From Promethearchaeota archaeon (GTDB lineage Archaea; Asgardarchaeota; Lokiarchaeia; Sigyniarchaeales; SOKP01), in the NCBI GenBank assembly GCA_048937405.1, contig JBHLNF010000009.1, forward strand, positions 128,001 to 192,000: a DNA stretch of 64,000 nt, given 5' to 3'. A program made the translations under genes and the position numbers. Positions 59,583-64,000 of the stretch are shown here, in pieces. The notes under the pieces were generated by a model that worked only from the letters and a program-made list of their open reading frames with translations, was not told where the DNA came from and made no database searches. Position 1 is the stretch's first letter, and every line of letters begins with the position of its first letter.

Positions 59583-61601
59583 TTAGGTTACTACGACCCT
59601 CACACGACCAAGATTATGAATTCGTGCCCATTTAGTTTCAGGATCACCTTGTCTATTCAACGATGCTCGAAGCACAGGGAAGTAAGTGCCAGGTTTGGAG
59701 AAAGTATAAGTAGTTTTCACCTCTACACGAGTACTCTTAGTATCGTTAAGCTGCTCTTTGACCGGAAAGTCACCAACGCCTTCGAAATCCCATTCTGCAC
59801 CGACTATAAAACCTGCATCTGGTGGTGCTTCGATAATCCCAGAGAATTCAACCGTTTCCCCAACTGCGAGATCTACACGTTCACCCCCATTTACAGTAAG
59901 GTTGACCACTGGTTGCACTCCCTTGCGTTCCTCAGCGGTTGGTGGCACTATCACTTGCCCATCTACTACTTTATATGTGGTGCTCGTTGGAGGTACTATA
60001 CCTTTTTCAGCCCACGCACTCACATCGCGCAGCGCTTGTTGCAACACACCCCCATAATTAATAATTCGCGTCATTATTGATGGACGGGAGTCAAGCGGAG
60101 TGACTCTTGGTGGTGTATGCATTGCATGGTCAACATACCAGAGTCGGTAATTATTTTCGAATTTATCTCCTAATACCTCTTTTACTTTCGAACGATACCA
60201 ATCAGCCTGCCAAGGATAGGCGGCTTCGTCCATTAAGCAATTTACCGCAATCATCTTACCCTTAAACTTGCCACTTTGGACCGAACCAGAACCCATATAG
60301 GCATGACGCGGACCTAGGATTTCGGGTCGTTGTGGGTACAATGGTTTACCATCGCCGTCTCGAAACTGGTCCCAAACCTTATATTCAGGTAATGGTATCT
60401 GATGGCGATGATAAGTTTGAGCAGCAAGATAATTAGAATTATCAATCAGCACTTTATCACCCACCTTGATACCTCCTAAATATGGATAGTTATCTTCACC
60501 ATAGGCCAACATTACCGTATTACCGAACGCTGCAATAGCATAAGCCACTCTACCCTCTGCTTCACCACTTTTTAAAAATAATGATGCTCCCTGTAGATCA
60601 GCCGCAGTTACGCTTTCTAATACTAATCCTGCTGGGACTTCAATGTTACCTGCTTGTCCTGCAGATATTGACAATGATTGACCCATTTTTCTAATATCCT
60701 CAGGCATAATAAGTTTGGTGATTGTTGTTTCATGTTGGATCCGAGCGCGCAGGAGTGATTCGGGCGGATCTGCGCCGAGATAGCCTGGCACTTTCCAAAA
60801 ATCCTCAAAGTATGTGGGATCCCAGTTAATCACTATATCAAGGAGTGTGGTTAAGACTCCGGTATAGCCAAACGCTATCATCTTGTAATTGAACCAAGCT
60901 CTTGGTGGGAATCCCATCTTAGTCACTTCGGTAAGTGCTTCTCGTTCCTCTTCATTTAAACCAGCGTACATGTCTCCACTGCCACCAGGTTCTACCGCAT
61001 CGATTATGGAGGGAATTTTATCTTTCAATATACGCATCGCATGGGCCTGCACAGAGAAAACATTGATCATGGCCATTGGTGATGCATGAATAAATGGAAC
61101 TACACCATCCCAAACGCCTTCTGTGCTTTCAATACAGCTGATAGTCTTATATCCTCCACCGCTACCACCCCATGCATAACCATAGGCACGATGGGGACCA
61201 TACATTTTAGAGGCTACAACACGCGAGTATTTTGCTACTGCCGCACTGGTTCGATATCCTGCGATAGTAGGATCTTCGCCAGGAAACATGTCCTTCCTTC
61301 CTAAATTTGATTCCACAAAATACGCACCACTCTCGAAGACAAAACCTAACGAGTAACTGGGCTCGGATACTTCTGGTGATTGAGCAACCTTCTCGTTCCC
61401 CGATATCGCCATAATATATTGGAAGAATCGACCCTTATATTGTTCTTTTGGTGGGAAGTAGAATGAGAATAGGGCATCACTACCTTTAAATCCACCATGG
61501 ACATATCTATAACGTACTGGCTCATCCCGCCACTCATCGATATCTATAAAAGGTTCGGTAAAAAGAGGATCGCTTGCATCAAAAGTCTCAACACTTTCTA
61601 T
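59583..61601 (-). CDS. Tannase-like alpha/beta hydrolase with C-terminal PKD-like domain; N-terminus extended to ATA at 61601
   Basis: WGGSGGG nucleophile elbow; frame stays open 63 codons upstream of 61412 (DPLFTEPFIDIDEWRD..RYVHGGF); SD GAGGTG; elevated GC. Confidence 0.75.
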   Translation of the reverse strand: MESVETFDASDPLFTEPFIDIDEWRDEPVRYRYVHGGFKGSDALFSFYFPPKEQYKGRFFQYIMAISGNEKVAQSPEVSEPSYSLGFVFESGAYFVESNLGRKDMFPGEDPTIAGYRTSAAVAKYSRVVASKMYGPHRAYGYAWGGSGGGYKTISCIESTEGVWDGVVPFIHASPMAMINVFSVQAHAMRILKDKIPSIIDAVEPGGSGDMYAGLNEEEREALTEVTKMGFPPRAWFNYKMIAFGYTGVLTTLLDIVINWDPTYFEDFWKVPGYLGADPPESLLRARIQHETTITKLIMPEDIRKMGQSLSISAGQAGNIEVPAGLVLESVTAADLQGASLFLKSGEAEGRVAYAIAAFGNTVMLAYGEDNYPYLGGIKVGDKVLIDNSNYLAAQTYHRHQIPLPEYKVWDQFRDGDGKPLYPQRPEILGPRHAYMGSGSVQSGKFKGKMIAVNCLMDEAAYPWQADWYRSKVKEVLGDKFENNYRLWYVDHAMHTPPRVTPLDSRPSIMTRIINYGGVLQQALRDVSAWAEKGIVPPTSTTYKVVDGQVIVPPTAEERKGVQPVVNLTVNGGERVDLAVGETVEFSGIIEAPPDAGFIVGAEWDFEGVGDFPVKEQLNDTKSTRVEVKTTYTFSKPGTYFPVLRASLNRQGDPETKWARIHNLGRVRVVVT

Positions 61602-61811
61602 AATAATACACCTCTTTTTTTTTCTAATTTAATTTATAATTTTTGATTCTATTTTTCATTATTTAAAGTATTTGATTTTATTATCAAATCAGTTTAAATA
61701 TAATTTATGGCAATATACCATAAAATTAATAAAAAAAGAATATATTTTTATTTAATAAACTTAAGCTTGAATATTCAAGTCATAAAAATTTTTTAAAAAT
61801 ATTACTTAAGA

Positions 61812-62459
61812 ATGAAAAAATTAAAAAAAATCGTTCTAAAAATACCTTTAGATCCAAAATATGAGGCATTCTTTGATCTATGGGAAAAATATGAATTGTT
61901 CCAGATACACCGTCAAGATGATAATCAAATCTCTGTCACACAGAAAGTAAAATTCAAGGATCATAAAATGCATCCAAAAATGTTGGAAGGTAAAAATTAT
62001 GGGATTTCGGATGTAGAAGTAATAGAAGAGAATACGCCAAAAAATGAATTTATTTTCTTTTGTAAGTATAGTTGGGTTAAGGAAACAAAAGTACTCCTCG
62101 AAAAACTAGATCTGATTATCGAACCTCCAATGATGATATTTCAAGATCGTCTTTTAGTAAGTGCTATAACAGATAGTAAAAATATCGACAAACTAATTGA
62201 TACCCTGGATTCCTATTATGAAGGAGAATTGGACATTCTAAGCATATCTCATATACATCTTAATGATAAAAATCTTTTTTTAAAACTAACAGACCGTCAG
62301 AAAGAAATTATTTATTATGCTGTTCAACATGGATATTTTGAAATACCTCGTAAAATCGATTCAAAGAAAATCGCTAATCATTTTAAAATTTCTCAGAGTG
62401 CACTATATGAACATTTGCGAAAAGTAGAGAGAACAATTTTTCACTCAATATTTAGTTAA
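61812..62459 (+). CDS. HTH_10 (Bat-like) transcription regulator
   Basis: C-terminal LTDRQKEII..A...GYFEIPR....IA..F.IS.SAL.EHLRK. Confidence 0.88.
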   Translation: MKKLKKIVLKIPLDPKYEAFFDLWEKYELFQIHRQDDNQISVTQKVKFKDHKMHPKMLEGKNYGISDVEVIEENTPKNEFIFFCKYSWVKETKVLLEKLDLIIEPPMMIFQDRLLVSAITDSKNIDKLIDTLDSYYEGELDILSISHIHLNDKNLFLKLTDRQKEIIYYAVQHGYFEIPRKIDSKKIANHFKISQSALYEHLRKVERTIFHSIFS

Positions 62460-62516
62460 AAATTATTATAATTTTACAATAATTATTAAATATAAATTAT
62501 TAGAAAAAGAAATATC

Positions 62517-64000
62517 ATGCAGATATTGAGTTTAACACCTGAAGAGCTTCGGAAAAAAGTCATTAGCCGTGGCATCCGTAATATCAAACGTGGAACTGCT
62601 GATGATGATTCCAAGCGGGGTATGTTTCGACCAGAGATTCGTTTGGATTTACAGAGATCTAGGTTGATGACAGAATCTTATAAAGAAACCGAAGGACAAC
62701 CAATGGTTCTACGTCGTGCTAAGGCATTGGCCAACATTTTGAACAATATGGGCATCTTTATTCGAGATTATGAAAGGATTGTTGGTTATCAGACAGCAGA
62801 TCCTAACGGTATTTTTCATCCAATTGATCAGAACTGGAAATCACCACAGCGTTTAGTTAATAGCGAAGCCGGTAAAACTCTACTTGATGAAGCAGGGAGA
62901 AAGGAACTTGATGAACTTTGCGCTTATTGGAAGGATAAATCAATAAGCGATCGTCATAAGGCGATGCTTCCTGAGCATTTAAAAAAATATTGGACGTATG
63001 AGGGAACATTTCTCTGGACTCAGCTTTCTGAGTTGGGTATTCCGAATTATGAAAAAATATTCAAACTTGGATTAAACGGATTAATTTCAGAAATTAAATG
63101 CAAAATGATTGAATTGGATCAAGAAATTCCAGTAGATTACGTAGAGCAAAAAAACTTTCTAAGGGCTGCAATAATAACGCTAGAATCAGTGATCAAATTT
63201 GCAAATCGCTATGCTGTTTTAGCTAAGAAATCCGCCAACAAACAAGAAAACAACCAACGCAAAAAGATTCTAGAAGAGATTGCCAAGACTTGTCAATGGA
63301 TTCCAGCTAATCCTCCGAGAACATTTATCGAAGCAATCCAGTTCTTCTATTTTATCCATCTGGTGCGTTATCTGGAATATTCCACACTGGGGATTGGTGT
63401 TCGAATTGACAAGGTATTTGGGCCTTATTATGAAAGAGATTTAAAGGAAGGACGAATTAGCAAAGAAGAAGCGCTTGGAATTTTACAGCTACTTTGGGTC
63501 AAACTAAACGAACTCGGGCTGGTGTATTCCCCCACTGTAAGTTCTGTATATGGTGGTGTGGCATCTCTGCAGGCAGTAACCATTGGCGGAACAGATGACA
63601 TGGGTAAGGATGTGACAAACGACCTAACCTATTTAACCATGGAAGCAGCAAAATCATTAAAAATAATCGAACCCAGTATAGCTTTAAGAATTCATGAGGG
63701 AACACCGGACGAAGTCTATTCCAAGGCAATTAACGTCATAAAAACCGGTATTGGGTATCCCTCCTTGTTTAATGATGAAGCTTTAATTCCACTTTTCGAA
63801 CATTGGGGTGTTCCATCTCATGATGCTAAGCAATATGCTGTCAGCGGCTGCGTTTACATTGAGATTCCAGGAAAGAACATTGTTCGTCGATCGGTAGGCT
63901 ATTTTGTATTACCAAAATGTTTATGGTGGGCGCTACATCAAGGTGTAAACCCGAAAACAGGTGAACAGCATGGAGCCCGAACTCCCGATCCTGCTACCTT
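62517..64000 (+). CDS. Glycyl radical enzyme (PFL family), runs off the window end; not in the ORF track
   Basis: ATG at 62517 (MQILSLTPEE..); TESYKETEGQPMVLRRAKAL, PRTFIEAIQ, VTIGG, GYPSLFND, active-site loop SGCVY. Confidence 0.9.
   Translation, partial: MQILSLTPEELRKKVISRGIRNIKRGTADDDSKRGMFRPEIRLDLQRSRLMTESYKETEGQPMVLRRAKALANILNNMGIFIRDYERIVGYQTADPNGIFHPIDQNWKSPQRLVNSEAGKTLLDEAGRKELDELCAYWKDKSISDRHKAMLPEHLKKYWTYEGTFLWTQLSELGIPNYEKIFKLGLNGLISEIKCKMIELDQEIPVDYVEQKNFLRAAIITLESVIKFANRYAVLAKKSANKQENNQRKKILEEIAKTCQWIPANPPRTFIEAIQFFYFIHLVRYLEYSTLGIGVRIDKVFGPYYERDLKEGRISKEEALGILQLLWVKLNELGLVYSPTVSSVYGGVASLQAVTIGGTDDMGKDVTNDLTYLTMEAAKSLKIIEPSIALRIHEGTPDEVYSKAINVIKTGIGYPSLFNDEALIPLFEHWGVPSHDAKQYAVSGCVYIEIPGKNIVRRSVGYFVLPKCLWWALHQGVNPKTGEQHGARTPDPAT

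Noticed and set aside
59457-60080. 207-aa + strand ORF and other short overlapping ORFs (e.g. 584-946, 15111-15308, 57681-58052, 63499-63729)
   Set aside because: Shadow ORFs overlapping well-supported genes, with no motifs
1-64000. Selenocysteine (TGA) read-through
   Set aside because: In the genes I inspected, no TGA fell at a conserved Cys position with coding continuation; this was not an exhaustive scan

Overview
AT-rich archaeal chromosomal window, most likely from an Asgard archaeon of the Lokiarchaeia type. Support for this assignment: a gelsolin+domain-X protein, a Rab-like GTPase, longin-like domains, an IPGY-TM 'Loki-CTERM'-type tail and GGTGA/GAGGTG Shine-Dalgarno motifs. About 55 CDSs are present, and I found no rRNA, tRNA or CRISPR array. 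All family calls come from motif recognition by eye, not database searches. Highlights: (1) an hgcAB-like locus in which a class I SAM methyltransferase is fused to an HgcA-like corrinoid/membrane protein, flanked by an HgcB-like ferredoxin, an unannotated 27-aa CC...CC peptide and a palindromic operator; (2) a tnpA-less IS200/IS605-family element with exact ends (15130-16579, TAM TTTAT, right end TTCAC) that splits an ICMT-family gene and encodes a TnpB with a Fanzor-type rearranged RuvC; (3) a BpsA-AdoMetDC fusion; (4) a DUF2284-corrinoid-RACo operon with twin palindromic operators, next to an AbrB-fused, catalytically degenerate acyl-CoA ligase; (5) an unannotated histone-H1-tail-like (KKKAPA)5 microprotein; (6) a receptor-like/soluble pair of longin-wHTH proteins; (7) a CWH43-like protein; (8) probable AUA/AUU start codons; (9) a higher-GC right end containing a partial glycyl radical enzyme.
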